Positions 1 to 9,819 of a stretch of DNA of 37,755 nucleotides are shown piece after piece (the stretch's first letter is position 1; each line of letters starts with the position of its first letter). Under the pieces are notes generated by a model. It saw only the letters and a list, made by a program, of their open reading frames with translations. It was not told the DNA's origin and made no database searches. The DNA comes from an uncultured bacterium. GTDB lineage: Bacteria > SAR324 > NAC60-12. The DNA is taken from contig CBFIGY010000030.1 in NCBI GenBank assembly GCA_965662235.1, positions 1 to 37,755 on the forward strand, given 5' to 3'. The position numbers were made by a program, and so were the translations under genes.

Positions 1-1
1 G

Positions 2-2479
2 TCCATTGGGGGGCAGGTGGGAGGCGCTTCAGGAAGTGGACTGTCTGACTTCTGGGCAGGAGCGCGACTGGACTGCTCAGCTCATACGCTCCGACGTGCT
101 GCCCTGATCGTGTCGCGACGCCTGCCCACCGATGCCGAGTTGGCTGCAGTGAAGGACGGGACGGAGGCTTCACTGCGTCAGGCGCTCCGCGGGCTGATGG
201 CCGGAGAAGGGTTCCATCAGTTCCTCATCGACGGCGCCAACGACCGTTTGCACCTCAAGGCCTTTGAAAACGGACTCTTTCTGGAGGTTGCCGATTTGAA
301 TGCCCTGCCCCTGTTTCCCGTAGGAGCGAAAAAGTACTTCGAGGCGGGTGACAAGAGCGACGGAGGCCCTGAGTGGTACCGGAAGTGGCTCTGGGGCATG
401 GCCAACTCGCCGCTGGAGCTGATCGCCTACATTGTGGAAAACGATCGCTCCTATCAAGAAGTGGTCACCGCCGATTACACCATGGTGAACCCCATCATGG
501 ATGAAGTCTTCCGGAGTAACACCGGATTGACCGCTGCCGACTCCTACCGAACCTATCGGCCCGGCAAGAACCAAGGACAGGTGCTTCGGGATGAGCAGCT
601 GCAAAGTGAATTTCTCCAAAACTTTGGGCACCGGGTGGAGGGGCACGGTCCGTTTCTGGATTACCCGCATGCAGGGGTGCTCAACAGCCACGCCTTCCTC
701 AATCGTTACCCCACCACTGAAACCAACCGCAACCGTGCCCGCGCACGCTGGACGTATTACCACTTCCTCGGAGTGGACATTGAGAAATCGGCGGCACGGA
801 CCACCGACCCGGTGGCACTGGCTGATACCGACAACCCAACCCTCAAGAATCCGGCCTGCACCGTCTGTCACGAACGGATGGATCCGGTTGCCGGAGCCTT
901 TCAGAATTATGGAGACGCCGGCCTCTACCGAGACTCATGGGGCGGCCTTGACGCCCTGCCGGAGACCTACAAGCATCCTGAGTGGTTTGACGATCAGGCG
1001 GAGCCGAGTCCTTATGAAGAGGGCGACACGTGGTTCCGGGACATGCGGAGCCCTGGGTTTGGGACGAGTCAGGCACCGAATCAGGACAGAAGCCTGCAGT
1101 GGTTGGGACAGAAGATTGCGCAAGATGACCGCTTTGCGACGGCTGCCATTCGGTTCTGGTGGCCTGCGATCATGGGGGAGGACGCAAAGGTTGCTCCGGA
1201 GTCGAGTGAGGATGCTGACTTTGAGGTGAAGCTGGCCACCTTCAATGAGCAGAACCGGTTCATTGAGGAGCTGGGGGAGCGCTTTGCCGAAGGCCTCCAC
1301 GGAGGTGAGCCCTACAATGCCAAGGACCTGTTTGTGGAATTGCTCATGAGCCCTTGGTTCCGGGTCAACTCAGCCAGTGTGGCTGGGCCGGTGTCACAGT
1401 CAGCAGACCTAGGGGTGCGGCGTCTGCTCACTCCTGCGGAACTGGAGGCCAAGTCTCAGGCCCTGCTGGGCTGGAAGTGGGGACAGAGTGACGACTCCGA
1501 TGCTCCTTGGGATTATGACGGTGAGTGGACGCAGCTGGGCAACCGCTTCCAGATCTACTACGGGGGCATCGACTCCAACGGCATCAAGGCGCGCTCCCGG
1601 GCCCTGACGTCGCTGATGGCGAATGTGGCGGAGAAGCAGGCTCTGGAAATGGCGTGTCCGGCGGTGGTGATCGACTTTGACCGTCCGGATGAGGAGCGGC
1701 GTCTGTTTCAGGGCATCAGCCGCAACACGACGCCGGCCTCTGAGTTTGGTGAGACCTTCACGGTGACGGCGGAGTCCTTTGAAAATCGTTCGACCCACCG
1801 GGTCACAGGGGCCCTACGGTCGGGAGCTCAGCAGATCAAGGTCCGTTTCCTCAACGACTGGTCTGAGGAAAACGGAGGAGACCGGAACCTCCACGTGGCC
1901 CAGGTCACCGTGAGGGACCCCGGGGGAAAGCAGGTTCTGCTGATGGATGAAGATCACCGAGGGGCGAGCACCACCTTCGCCTGCGGAAAAGAGCAAAAGG
2001 GCCTGTCAATGTGGTGTGATGACGGTTACGTGTCGGTGCCGTTGGAAGTCGAAACCGCGGGCACGTACACGCTCGAAGCCGTGGTTTGGGGCGATCAGGC
2101 GGGTCCGGACGCGGTGCAGATGTTTCTGGGAACCGAACGCCAGGACCACGATTCCGGAGACTCCGCTGGAGCCCGGGCCATCAAGGGAAAGCTCATGGAG
2201 CTGCATGAGCGGTTTCTCGGAGAGTCCCTGAGCGCAACGGATGAAGAGCTGGAGTTCAGTTACCAGTTGCTGGTGGAAACCTGGGAAGACCGTGCTGCAC
2301 AGAACAACGAATGGAACTGGGCCTGGAACTGGCCTCAGGAGACCTGTCGGTTTTACTCCTCAAGTCAGTGGCAGGAAGGGGGCGTCTCGCAACGGGCCAG
2401 TGATCCCGACCACATGCTCTACACCTGGACCAGTGTCTTGATCTACCTGATGACCGACGTTTACTACCTGCACGAATAG
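2..2479 (+). CDS. DUF1588/PSCyt-like large protein with one CxxCH heme c motif and a C-terminal CBM60-like carbohydrate-binding module; probably 5'-truncated by the window edge
   Basis: The frame is open from base 2, with no stop upstream of the GTG at 17. Motifs: LRRAALIVSRRLPT, HAGVLNSHAFLNRYPTTETNRNRARAR, PACTVCHERMDPVAGAF (CxxCH at 857-871) and FLNDWSEENGGDRNLHV (CBM60-like). It lies directly upstream of a DUF1501 gene, the usual partner. Confidence 0.75.
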   Translation, partial: SIGGQVGGASGSGLSDFWAGARLDCSAHTLRRAALIVSRRLPTDAELAAVKDGTEASLRQALRGLMAGEGFHQFLIDGANDRLHLKAFENGLFLEVADLNALPLFPVGAKKYFEAGDKSDGGPEWYRKWLWGMANSPLELIAYIVENDRSYQEVVTADYTMVNPIMDEVFRSNTGLTAADSYRTYRPGKNQGQVLRDEQLQSEFLQNFGHRVEGHGPFLDYPHAGVLNSHAFLNRYPTTETNRNRARARWTYYHFLGVDIEKSAARTTDPVALADTDNPTLKNPACTVCHERMDPVAGAFQNYGDAGLYRDSWGGLDALPETYKHPEWFDDQAEPSPYEEGDTWFRDMRSPGFGTSQAPNQDRSLQWLGQKIAQDDRFATAAIRFWWPAIMGEDAKVAPESSEDADFEVKLATFNEQNRFIEELGERFAEGLHGGEPYNAKDLFVELLMSPWFRVNSASVAGPVSQSADLGVRRLLTPAELEAKSQALLGWKWGQSDDSDAPWDYDGEWTQLGNRFQIYYGGIDSNGIKARSRALTSLMANVAEKQALEMACPAVVIDFDRPDEERRLFQGISRNTTPASEFGETFTVTAESFENRSTHRVTGALRSGAQQIKVRFLNDWSEENGGDRNLHVAQVTVRDPGGKQVLLMDEDHRGASTTFACGKEQKGLSMWCDDGYVSVPLEVETAGTYTLEAVVWGDQAGPDAVQMFLGTERQDHDSGDSAGARAIKGKLMELHERFLGESLSATDEELEFSYQLLVETWEDRAAQNNEWNWAWNWPQETCRFYSSSQWQEGGVSQRASDPDHMLYTWTSVLIYLMTDVYYLHE

Positions 2480-2486
2480 GCCTCTG

Positions 2487-3788
2487 ATGAACCGAAGAGA
2501 CTTCCTGACCCGCTCGCTCGTGCTGGGCGCTGCCGGGCTGACCCTGAAGGTGCCACGGCTGTATGCCGCCACCACGCCCGCGTATTCCGGCAGACTGCTG
2601 GTGACACTGCAGGCGGAAGGTGGGTGGGACGTCACCTGCCTCTGCGACCCCAAGACCAACCAGTCCGGAGAACCAGAGATCACCACGTGGTCCAAGACGA
2701 AGGAAACCCAGCAGGCCGGAGGCATTCCGTATGCGCCGTTTGCCCAGAACGCGGCCCTGTTTGAAAAGTACCACCGGGACCTGCTGGTCATCAACGGCGT
2801 GGACGCACAGACCAACTCGCACACCACCGGTGTGCTGCACAACTGGAGTGGCCGCAACGCCGAGGGATTCCCCTCCCTGACCGCCCTGTTTGCCGCTCAC
2901 AAGGCTCCGGAACAGCCCCTGTCGTACCTCAACTTTGGAGGGTTTGGACAAACGGGAGGACTGATCCGCTTCAGCCGCCTAGATGACGTCAACACGCTGC
3001 AGACGCTGCTTGAGCCGGAGCGTTCTCATGTGGATGAAAAAACGAACCAGGAGGTTTACTACCGCCGCGCCAGCGACATGACCCGCATCCGGAAGTACCG
3101 CCGCCAGCGGTTGGCCCGTCTGCTGGAAAAACCGGACCTCCTCAAGCGTCAGCAGGTCAACCTCGAGGCCTATGCCGACGCGCTGGAGAGCAAGAGCGCC
3201 CTTTCTCAGTTCACCAAGTACATTCCGGCAGAGGATCAAATCCTCGAGGACGTCGAGGTCCACCAGCGGTACCGCAGCAACCTGCCCCGTCAGATCCAAA
3301 TGACCCTTGCTGCGTTCCGGTCCGGACTGGCCTCTGCGGCGGACCTCTACACAGGCGGATACGACACTCACAACGATCATGACCTGCAGCATGAGGCGCT
3401 CTTTGGGCACCTAGCGGACATGATCGACCTGTTTTGGACAGGCGCTGAAGAAGCCGGCCTTGCCGACCGCGTGACCCTGGTCATCGGCTCCGATTTTGGC
3501 CGGACCCCGCATTACAATGCGACCGCAGGGAAGGACCACTGGCCCATTGGCTCCGTTATGGTCATGGAAAAGAACGCCTCCTGGACCAACCGGGTTGTGG
3601 GTCTGACGGACGAGGGGCACAACGCCCTGAAGATCAACCCCACCACGCTGCAGCGGGATGACAACGCCACGTTGATTTATCCCAAGCACGTCCACAAGGC
3701 GCTCAGGCGGCACCTCGGCCTGGAACAAACGGAGACGGCGTCTCGCTTCAGCTTCACCAACACGGAAGACTTTGCCTTCTTCGGCTGA
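2487..3788 (+). CDS. DUF1501 domain protein with Tat signal
   Basis: MNRRDFL twin-arginine leader; GGWD..CDPK, GGYDTH, SDFGRTP and GKDHW motifs typical of DUF1501. Confidence 0.85.
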   Translation: MNRRDFLTRSLVLGAAGLTLKVPRLYAATTPAYSGRLLVTLQAEGGWDVTCLCDPKTNQSGEPEITTWSKTKETQQAGGIPYAPFAQNAALFEKYHRDLLVINGVDAQTNSHTTGVLHNWSGRNAEGFPSLTALFAAHKAPEQPLSYLNFGGFGQTGGLIRFSRLDDVNTLQTLLEPERSHVDEKTNQEVYYRRASDMTRIRKYRRQRLARLLEKPDLLKRQQVNLEAYADALESKSALSQFTKYIPAEDQILEDVEVHQRYRSNLPRQIQMTLAAFRSGLASAADLYTGGYDTHNDHDLQHEALFGHLADMIDLFWTGAEEAGLADRVTLVIGSDFGRTPHYNATAGKDHWPIGSVMVMEKNASWTNRVVGLTDEGHNALKINPTTLQRDDNATLIYPKHVHKALRRHLGLEQTETASRFSFTNTEDFAFFG

Positions 3789-3832
3789 GGTCGGCTTCCG
3801 GAATCTTCTCAACCTTCTTCAAAAGGAAGTCC

Positions 3833-4942
3833 ATGTCGTCAAAGGTCAGAGTGGGAGTCATTGGAACCAGCTGGTGGTCTGATGCCATGTACCTGCCCTC
3901 GCTCAAAGGGGCAGAGGCCGAAGTGACCGCTTGCTGCGGACGTGACCGCGCCCGCGCTCAGGCACTGGCGGACCGCTGGGGGATCCCGCAGGTCTATACG
4001 GACTGGGAGCAGATGCTGACGGAGGCACCGCTGGATGCCGTCATCATCACGACTCCAAACAACACGCACCACGACATGACGCTCCGGGCCATTGAGCAGG
4101 GCCTGCATGTGCTCTGTGAGAAACCTTTGGGCCTGAACTACGGTGAAGCCAAGCGGATGACCGAGGCCGCTGAGGCTAAGTCACTGGTGACGATGACCCC
4201 GTTCACGTACTCTTTTGTGCCGATGACGCAGCGGATCAAGGCGCTTCTGGAGGAAGGGTACCTGGGGCAGCCGTATCACCTCAACTTCCGTTACATGGCC
4301 AACTACGCCCGGGACCCCGGCTACTTCTGGCGCTTTGACCCTCGTTATTCCGGAACCGGAGTTCTGGGAGACATCGGTTCCCACTTCCTCTACCTTGCCC
4401 TCTGGTTTTTCGGAGATGTGACCCATGTGATGGCCGAGGTGTCTCGGATTGGTCCTCGAGTGGAGCAGGATCCTTCCGGACAGCCCTACACGCCAGCAGA
4501 TGACGTCAGCACGATGATGCTCACCTTTGCCAATGGGGCCCAAGGGGTGATTCAGGCCTCTGCCTTGGCCCACGAGCCCACTCCCTGGGGGCAGGCGCAC
4601 TACCTGGACCTGCACGGCGCCGGCGGAACGCTGCACGCTTGGACCGACTGGGAGAAGGTCTATGAACTGAAGGGCGCCCGGCACTCAGAGCAGGGGTATG
4701 AGGAACTGGAGATTCCGGAGCTGATGCAGGCGGGACAGAAGCGGACGGACATCCAGCAGGTTTACAAGGAAACCTTCCGCAAGCACGGCAAGATGACTGG
4801 AGACTTCATTGAGGCCATCCGGACTCAGGGCTCGTGTCGCCCTGACCTGGCAGATGGGACTCGCGTGCAGCGGGTTCTGGATGCCGCCTTGCTGAGCTCT
4901 CAGGAAGGGCGACGGGTCGCAGTGGAGGAAATCACCGGCTGA
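3833..4942 (+). CDS. Gfo/Idh/MocA family oxidoreductase
   Basis: VRVGVIG Rossmann start; HVLCEKPLG; GVLGDIGSHFL; RBS AAAGGAAG upstream. Confidence 0.9.
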   Translation: MSSKVRVGVIGTSWWSDAMYLPSLKGAEAEVTACCGRDRARAQALADRWGIPQVYTDWEQMLTEAPLDAVIITTPNNTHHDMTLRAIEQGLHVLCEKPLGLNYGEAKRMTEAAEAKSLVTMTPFTYSFVPMTQRIKALLEEGYLGQPYHLNFRYMANYARDPGYFWRFDPRYSGTGVLGDIGSHFLYLALWFFGDVTHVMAEVSRIGPRVEQDPSGQPYTPADDVSTMMLTFANGAQGVIQASALAHEPTPWGQAHYLDLHGAGGTLHAWTDWEKVYELKGARHSEQGYEELEIPELMQAGQKRTDIQQVYKETFRKHGKMTGDFIEAIRTQGSCRPDLADGTRVQRVLDAALLSSQEGRRVAVEEITG

Positions 4943-4964
4943 CCCGGCCGAGGAACCCGTGTGG

Positions 4965-6446
4965 TCAGAGCTGTGAGGTGAGCTGGTAGACCCGTCCCTG
5001 ACGGGTGGAGAGGGCTTCCCACTGCTCGGCCACTGCCGAGTTGGGTTCAAAGACCTCTGCTTCATTCGTCATCGCGTTCGCGGCCTCCTCAAAGCTGGCG
5101 TACCAACCGGCCCCAACGGCGGCAGAGATCGCAGCCCCCAGAGAAGAAGCTTCATTGGAGAGGCTCCGCTTGGCGGGGAGCCCGGTGGAGTCGGCAATCA
5201 TCTGCATCCACAAGGTGCTCTGGGCGCCTCCGCCGATGACATTGATTTGCTGCAGGGTTACCCCTTGTTCCTGCATGGCCTTGAGGGCCCGTGCCGATTC
5301 CAGGGTCAGGGCTTCTAGGGAGGCTCGGTAGAGGTGAGCCTGCGTGTGGTGTGTGCCGAGTCCCAAGAAGGCGCCCCGGGCCTGCGGGTTCCAGTAGGGA
5401 TCCATGCACCCCGCCAGGTACGTGCAAGCGACTACGCCTTCGGAGCCAATGGCAAGACCGGAGGCTTCTTGCTCCAGACGGTTCAGAAGGGCTGCGGAGC
5501 GCTGCTCATCCGAAAAATTATCCGCAAACCAGTTGACGAAGTAGGCGCCGGCTCGCTGCACGGCTTCCAAGAAGTAGCCTTCGCCAGTGGGAGAGGTCAT
5601 GGTGCGCCAGTAGTTGCTGAGGCGCAGCTCGGAAGAAGACGCTCCGGCGATGATGGCTGTGCCCAGGTTGAGGTACGATCGGCCGCCAGCAATGGCGTTC
5701 ACGCCCAGTCCGGCACACTGTCCGTCGCCTCCTGCAGCAAAGAGCGGGGTCTGAGGGGCGAGGCCGAGTTCTTCGGCGATGGGCTTCCGGACCTCTCCCA
5801 AGCGGGTTCCTGGACGAACCGTCTGCGGCAGTTGCTGGAGGTCCACTTCCACCGCCTCCAGCAGGGTCGAGGACCACTGCTTCTCAGCGATGTCAAAGAT
5901 GGCAAACGGGTCCGCACTGGTCCAGGAAGTGAGGAAGTTTCCGGTGAGGCGGTAGATGAGGTAGCTCTGCACATCCAGCAGGTAGCGGGTCTGCTTGAGC
6001 AGTTCTGGTTGATGGTTAGCCATCCAGCGCAGCCGGTAGAGGACGGGAGTGACGTCGACAGGCTTGCCGGTGAGGCGGTGAATGGTGTCGCCCCCCACCC
6101 GTTGACACAGCTGCTCAACTTCGTCAATGGCGCGTTCATCCAGCCAGAGCATCGCCGGCCGCAGCGAGTTTCCCTGCTCATCCAGAAACGCCACCGTTTC
6201 CCGCTGGTTGGAGATGCCAATGCCGTCGACGCGAGCGGCTTCCACCGGCTCCAGTGCCTGCTTCAGGGCCGCCCGATTGGCCTCCCACCACTCGTCCGGA
6301 TCCTGCTCAGCAAAACCAGGCTGAGGAGCTGAGAGGGAAAGCGGCGCCCGCCCTTCGCTGACGGGGCGGCCCTGTTGATCCCAGACAATCGCCTTGACGG
6401 ACTGGGTGGAGCTGTCAATTCCAATCACATAACGGTCCTTCATCAT
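4965..6446 (-). CDS. FGGY carbohydrate kinase (xylulokinase-like)
   Basis: IGIDSSTQSVKA, GISNQRET, GGGDGQCAG and GGGAQS motifs; 4-bp ATGA overlap with the regulator gene. Confidence 0.9.
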   Translation of the reverse strand: MMKDRYVIGIDSSTQSVKAIVWDQQGRPVSEGRAPLSLSAPQPGFAEQDPDEWWEANRAALKQALEPVEAARVDGIGISNQRETVAFLDEQGNSLRPAMLWLDERAIDEVEQLCQRVGGDTIHRLTGKPVDVTPVLYRLRWMANHQPELLKQTRYLLDVQSYLIYRLTGNFLTSWTSADPFAIFDIAEKQWSSTLLEAVEVDLQQLPQTVRPGTRLGEVRKPIAEELGLAPQTPLFAAGGDGQCAGLGVNAIAGGRSYLNLGTAIIAGASSSELRLSNYWRTMTSPTGEGYFLEAVQRAGAYFVNWFADNFSDEQRSAALLNRLEQEASGLAIGSEGVVACTYLAGCMDPYWNPQARGAFLGLGTHHTQAHLYRASLEALTLESARALKAMQEQGVTLQQINVIGGGAQSTLWMQMIADSTGLPAKRSLSNEASSLGAAISAAVGAGWYASFEEAANAMTNEAEVFEPNSAVAEQWEALSTRQGRVYQLTSQL

Positions 6447-7438
6447 CGTCCTCCCGATCGAGTGGTTGAGGTGGGGGTGCCGGCGCCGTTCAGCAACGCT
6501 GAAGCGGTCTCGTAGTCGGTCACCAGGTGGGTCACGTAGCCTCCCTTGAGGGTGGCATGGATGGCCTCAATCTTGTGGACGCCTCCGGCCACAGCAAGCC
6601 GACAGGGGATGGGCTTGATCTCCTCCAGCGTCACGCCAATCATGCGCTCATCCATCTCGGTGTAGATCTGGGCCCCGTTTTCATCAAGCATCCGGCCAAT
6701 GATGGTTCCCACGGCGCCCTGAGCCTTGTAGCGAGACATCAGGGTCTCATCAATGAATCCAGAGCGAGACACGGTGCTTTCCGGGGCAATGTCTCCAATT
6801 CCAAAGAGGATGATCCGAGACGAGCGAATCGCGTCAAACTGACTCTGAATGACCTCTTCCTGGAGCAGGTCGTTGCGGAGTTGGTTGTGCGAGAGAACCG
6901 CCGGGGCGAGGAAGTTCATGCAGCGTGCGTTGAGCTGATTCGCCATCACCGAGGTGCACAGCTCCGGAGAGAAGTCGAAGGTGCCCTGGATGCTCCCGAC
7001 CACCTGCACGACCGTGAGGTTGTGCACCGAGGAGCGCTGAATCGACTGCGCCACCGACAGCACCGTCTTGCCCCACGCCACGCCCACCACATCGTTTGGC
7101 TCCAGCATCGTGTAGAGCGTCCGGGCTGCAGCCTCGCCTAGGCGGTCGGACAGCTGGTGACTTTCCGGCCCCCTAGGAATGACGGTGCAGCCTTCCAGCC
7201 CATAGCTCTGCTTGAGCTCCTGAGAGAGCACGGTGTGCTCAATCGCCTTCTCGTCAAACTTGATGGAGACAATCCCCTTGTCGCGCGCTTCCTGAAGGTA
7301 GTTCACCACCGAAGCCCGGGACACGCCGAGCTCCTTGGCCACCTCACTCTGGTTCAGCTGATCCACGTAATACAGCCACGCCGCCCAGACGATCACATCC
7401 TGAAACTCAGGGGGGGCCTTCCGGAATTTGATTTTCAT
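6443..7438 (-). CDS. SorC/DeoR-type sugar-binding transcriptional regulator
   Basis: AAWLYYVDQLNQSEVAKELGVSRASVVNYL HTH; GVAWGKT; AGGVHKIEAIHATLKGGYVTHLVTD sugar-binding C-terminus. Confidence 0.92.
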   Translation of the reverse strand: MKIKFRKAPPEFQDVIVWAAWLYYVDQLNQSEVAKELGVSRASVVNYLQEARDKGIVSIKFDEKAIEHTVLSQELKQSYGLEGCTVIPRGPESHQLSDRLGEAAARTLYTMLEPNDVVGVAWGKTVLSVAQSIQRSSVHNLTVVQVVGSIQGTFDFSPELCTSVMANQLNARCMNFLAPAVLSHNQLRNDLLQEEVIQSQFDAIRSSRIILFGIGDIAPESTVSRSGFIDETLMSRYKAQGAVGTIIGRMLDENGAQIYTEMDERMIGVTLEEIKPIPCRLAVAGGVHKIEAIHATLKGGYVTHLVTDYETASALLNGAGTPTSTTRSGGR

Positions 7439-7592
7439 GGAGTCCAGACCTCTTTCAACATCATCAATGAACTGCCCCGACCACCACGCCTCGGGCAGAC
7501 GTCCGGGGGCTTCAGAGAGACTACGTAGGCTCCGCTAAAAAGCGAATTTATTTTTAGATTTGACATTCAACCAAAATTAGATTCAAGTTTAT

Positions 7593-7638
7593 TTAACTTT
7601 TACCAGAAGTGAGTGACTTTTGATAAAGCAAAAGTTAC
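7593..7638. promoter_or_regulatory. Candidate operator in the divergent promoter region
   Basis: GTGACTTTTG-N6-CAAAAGTTAC inverted repeat (7613-7638, 9/10 match) plus a similar half-site TTAACTTTTA at 7593-7602, in an AT-rich spacer that also has TTGACA at 7560-7565. Confidence 0.55.
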
Positions 7639-7690
7639 CACATCATGAATTTTGTGTTTTTCAGTGTTTTCACCAGTTGAGTTGCAGAAA

Positions 7691-9010
7691 ATGGGACAGT
7701 GGACGGGACTAATCGACGAAATCATTGAGGGGCGCTGGCTCAATCCGGAGACCGGGGCCTACGCTCAGGTTCCTTATGAGTCGATTATCATTGAAGACAG
7801 CCTGGACGGGCAAGAGGCAGAGTTGCTGGAACAGGTGGGGCTGACGGAAAACCTAGTCCTGGTCTGTGATGAGACGACCTATGAAGCCCTGGGCAAGCGG
7901 ATTGAGGCCAACCTGAGTAAGGCACAGCGTCCGGTGACCCTGCTGACCCTGGACCACCCGCATGCTGACCTTGAGGAGGTGGAGCAGCTGAGTCGGAAGA
8001 TCCGCTCCTTTGGTGGTGTGGTGGCGGTGGGCTCCGGGACCATCAATGACCTTTGCAAGCACGCGACGCTGCAGAATCAGCAGCGCTACGCCGTGTTTGC
8101 CACCGCAGGCTCCATGAACGGTTACACCTCCACCACCGCGTCCATGCGTCTGGAGTCCGGACTCAAGGTGTCGCTGCCTTCCCATGCTCCAGCCGGGTTC
8201 TTTGTGGACCTAGAGGTGAACGCCCAGGCGCCTTCGTACCTAGCGGCTTCCGGATTCGGCGACTGCCTCTGTCGCTCCGTGGCGCAGGTGGACTGGTGGA
8301 TGTCGCACCGTCTGCTGGGAACGCCCTACCATCCGTCTGCCTACGTTATCCAGGAAAAGGATGAACGAGAGCTCAATGCCCGGGCTGCAGGGCTGAAGGC
8401 GGGAGATCCGGAAGCAATTGGTTATCTGTTTCGAGTCTTGACCTTGTGCGGGCTTGGCGTTTCCTTTACAGGAGTCTCCAACCCCGGTTCCATGGGAGAA
8501 CACCAGATTTCTCACTACATCGATTGCTTTGCAGGCGACCGCCATCCCGGCACCCTGCATGGGCAACAGGTGGGAGTGGCTTCACTGACGATGGCTCGGC
8601 TGCAGCGCGTGCTGCTGGCGCAGGAGCGTCCTCCGGTGATGAAGCCCACCCGTGTTGATGCAGCGGGCATGAAGTCCCGCATGGGAGCCAGCATTGCGCA
8701 GCAGTGCCAGGTCGAGTTCGAGAAGAAGGCCTTTGCGGAAGACGCGATGGAAGCGGTCAATGCCCGTTTGGCAGAGATTTGGGAGGACCTGAAGGCGGAG
8801 GTCCAACCCTTCATCATTGCGGTGGACCAAATGGAAGCGATGCTCCGGAACTCCGGAGGTCCGACCACCTTTCAGGAACTTGGGGTCGAGGGAGACCTTT
8901 ATCGAGAAGCCGTTGTGCACTGTCGAGAGATGCGCAACCGCTACTCCTTCCTTGACATTGCAGCAGACAGTGGGCTGCTGGAACCCTTTGCCGACCAAGA
9001 GGTGGTATGA
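7691..9010 (+). CDS. sn-glycerol-1-phosphate dehydrogenase-like protein (AraM/EgsA family)
   Basis: GSGTINDLCK, TAGSMNGYTS, SGFGD, SMGEHQISH and LHGQQVG motifs; ATG at 7691 preferred over TTG at 7652. Confidence 0.82.
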   Translation: MGQWTGLIDEIIEGRWLNPETGAYAQVPYESIIIEDSLDGQEAELLEQVGLTENLVLVCDETTYEALGKRIEANLSKAQRPVTLLTLDHPHADLEEVEQLSRKIRSFGGVVAVGSGTINDLCKHATLQNQQRYAVFATAGSMNGYTSTTASMRLESGLKVSLPSHAPAGFFVDLEVNAQAPSYLAASGFGDCLCRSVAQVDWWMSHRLLGTPYHPSAYVIQEKDERELNARAAGLKAGDPEAIGYLFRVLTLCGLGVSFTGVSNPGSMGEHQISHYIDCFAGDRHPGTLHGQQVGVASLTMARLQRVLLAQERPPVMKPTRVDAAGMKSRMGASIAQQCQVEFEKKAFAEDAMEAVNARLAEIWEDLKAEVQPFIIAVDQMEAMLRNSGGPTTFQELGVEGDLYREAVVHCREMRNRYSFLDIAADSGLLEPFADQEVV

Positions 9011-9819
9011 AACCGTTCCGAGAAATGAGCATGGCCCTCAGCAAGAACCTGAGGGGCGTTTTTTTTGACATTGATGACACGATCACGACAGAAGGCCGCC
9101 TGGAAGGGCACGCCTACTTGGCGGTGGAGCAGCTGCAGCAAGACGGCTTGCTGACGATTCCCATCACCGGGCGTCCAGCCGGGTGGTGTGACCTGATCGC
9201 ACGCTTCTGGCCAGTGGACGGCGTTGTGGGAGAAAACGGGGCCTTTTCCTTTGCATACGATCGCGCCAACGCGAAGATGATCCGCTCGTTTGCGGTCCCT
9301 GAGGCGACTCGTGCAGAAGACCGCAAGAAGCTGGAAGCCCTGCAGCAGACCATCCTGGAAGCGGTGCCGGGATGCGCCATCAGCGCGGACCAGCAGTACC
9401 GGGAGGCCGACCTGGCCATTGACTTCTGTGAAGATGTTCCGGCCCTGCCGTTTTCGGAGGTGGAGAAGATCCAGCAGCTCTTTGCGGAAGCAGGCGCCGA
9501 GGCCAAGATTTCCTCCATTCACGTCAACGGCTGGTTTGGCTCCTACGACAAGCTGACCGCCTGCAAGCGCTTCGTCAGTGAGCAGTTTGGCATTGACCTG
9601 GATGCAGAGAAGGACCGGTTCCTGTTTGTGGGAGACAGCCCCAACGATGAGCCGATGTTCCAGTTCTTCCCTAACGCCTGTGGTGTAGCCAATGTGCTGC
9701 AGTTCACGGACTCCCTGCAGCATCCTCCGGCCTGGATCACGGAGCAGCAGAGCGGCAAGGGCTTCGTGGAACTTGTCCAGCACGTCTTGGCCCAGCGACA
9801 CTCCCAAGGATCCAGCTGA
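9007..9819 (+). CDS. HAD-IIB family hydrolase
   Basis: FFDIDDTIT (DxD), ITGRP, GENG, GDSPND; ATGA overlap with the upstream gene. Confidence 0.88.
   Translation: MKPFREMSMALSKNLRGVFFDIDDTITTEGRLEGHAYLAVEQLQQDGLLTIPITGRPAGWCDLIARFWPVDGVVGENGAFSFAYDRANAKMIRSFAVPEATRAEDRKKLEALQQTILEAVPGCAISADQQYREADLAIDFCEDVPALPFSEVEKIQQLFAEAGAEAKISSIHVNGWFGSYDKLTACKRFVSEQFGIDLDAEKDRFLFVGDSPNDEPMFQFFPNACGVANVLQFTDSLQHPPAWITEQQSGKGFVELVQHVLAQRHSQGSS

Noticed and set aside
5334..6332. Long antisense ORFs (also 8941-9807, 17034-17909, 19353-20237, 27974-28654)
   Set aside because: They are shadows of well-supported genes in GC-rich DNA and show no recognisable motifs
7691..9010. Archaeal-type ether lipid biosynthesis
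   Set aside because: No GGGP/DGGGP synthase is nearby and the context is catabolic
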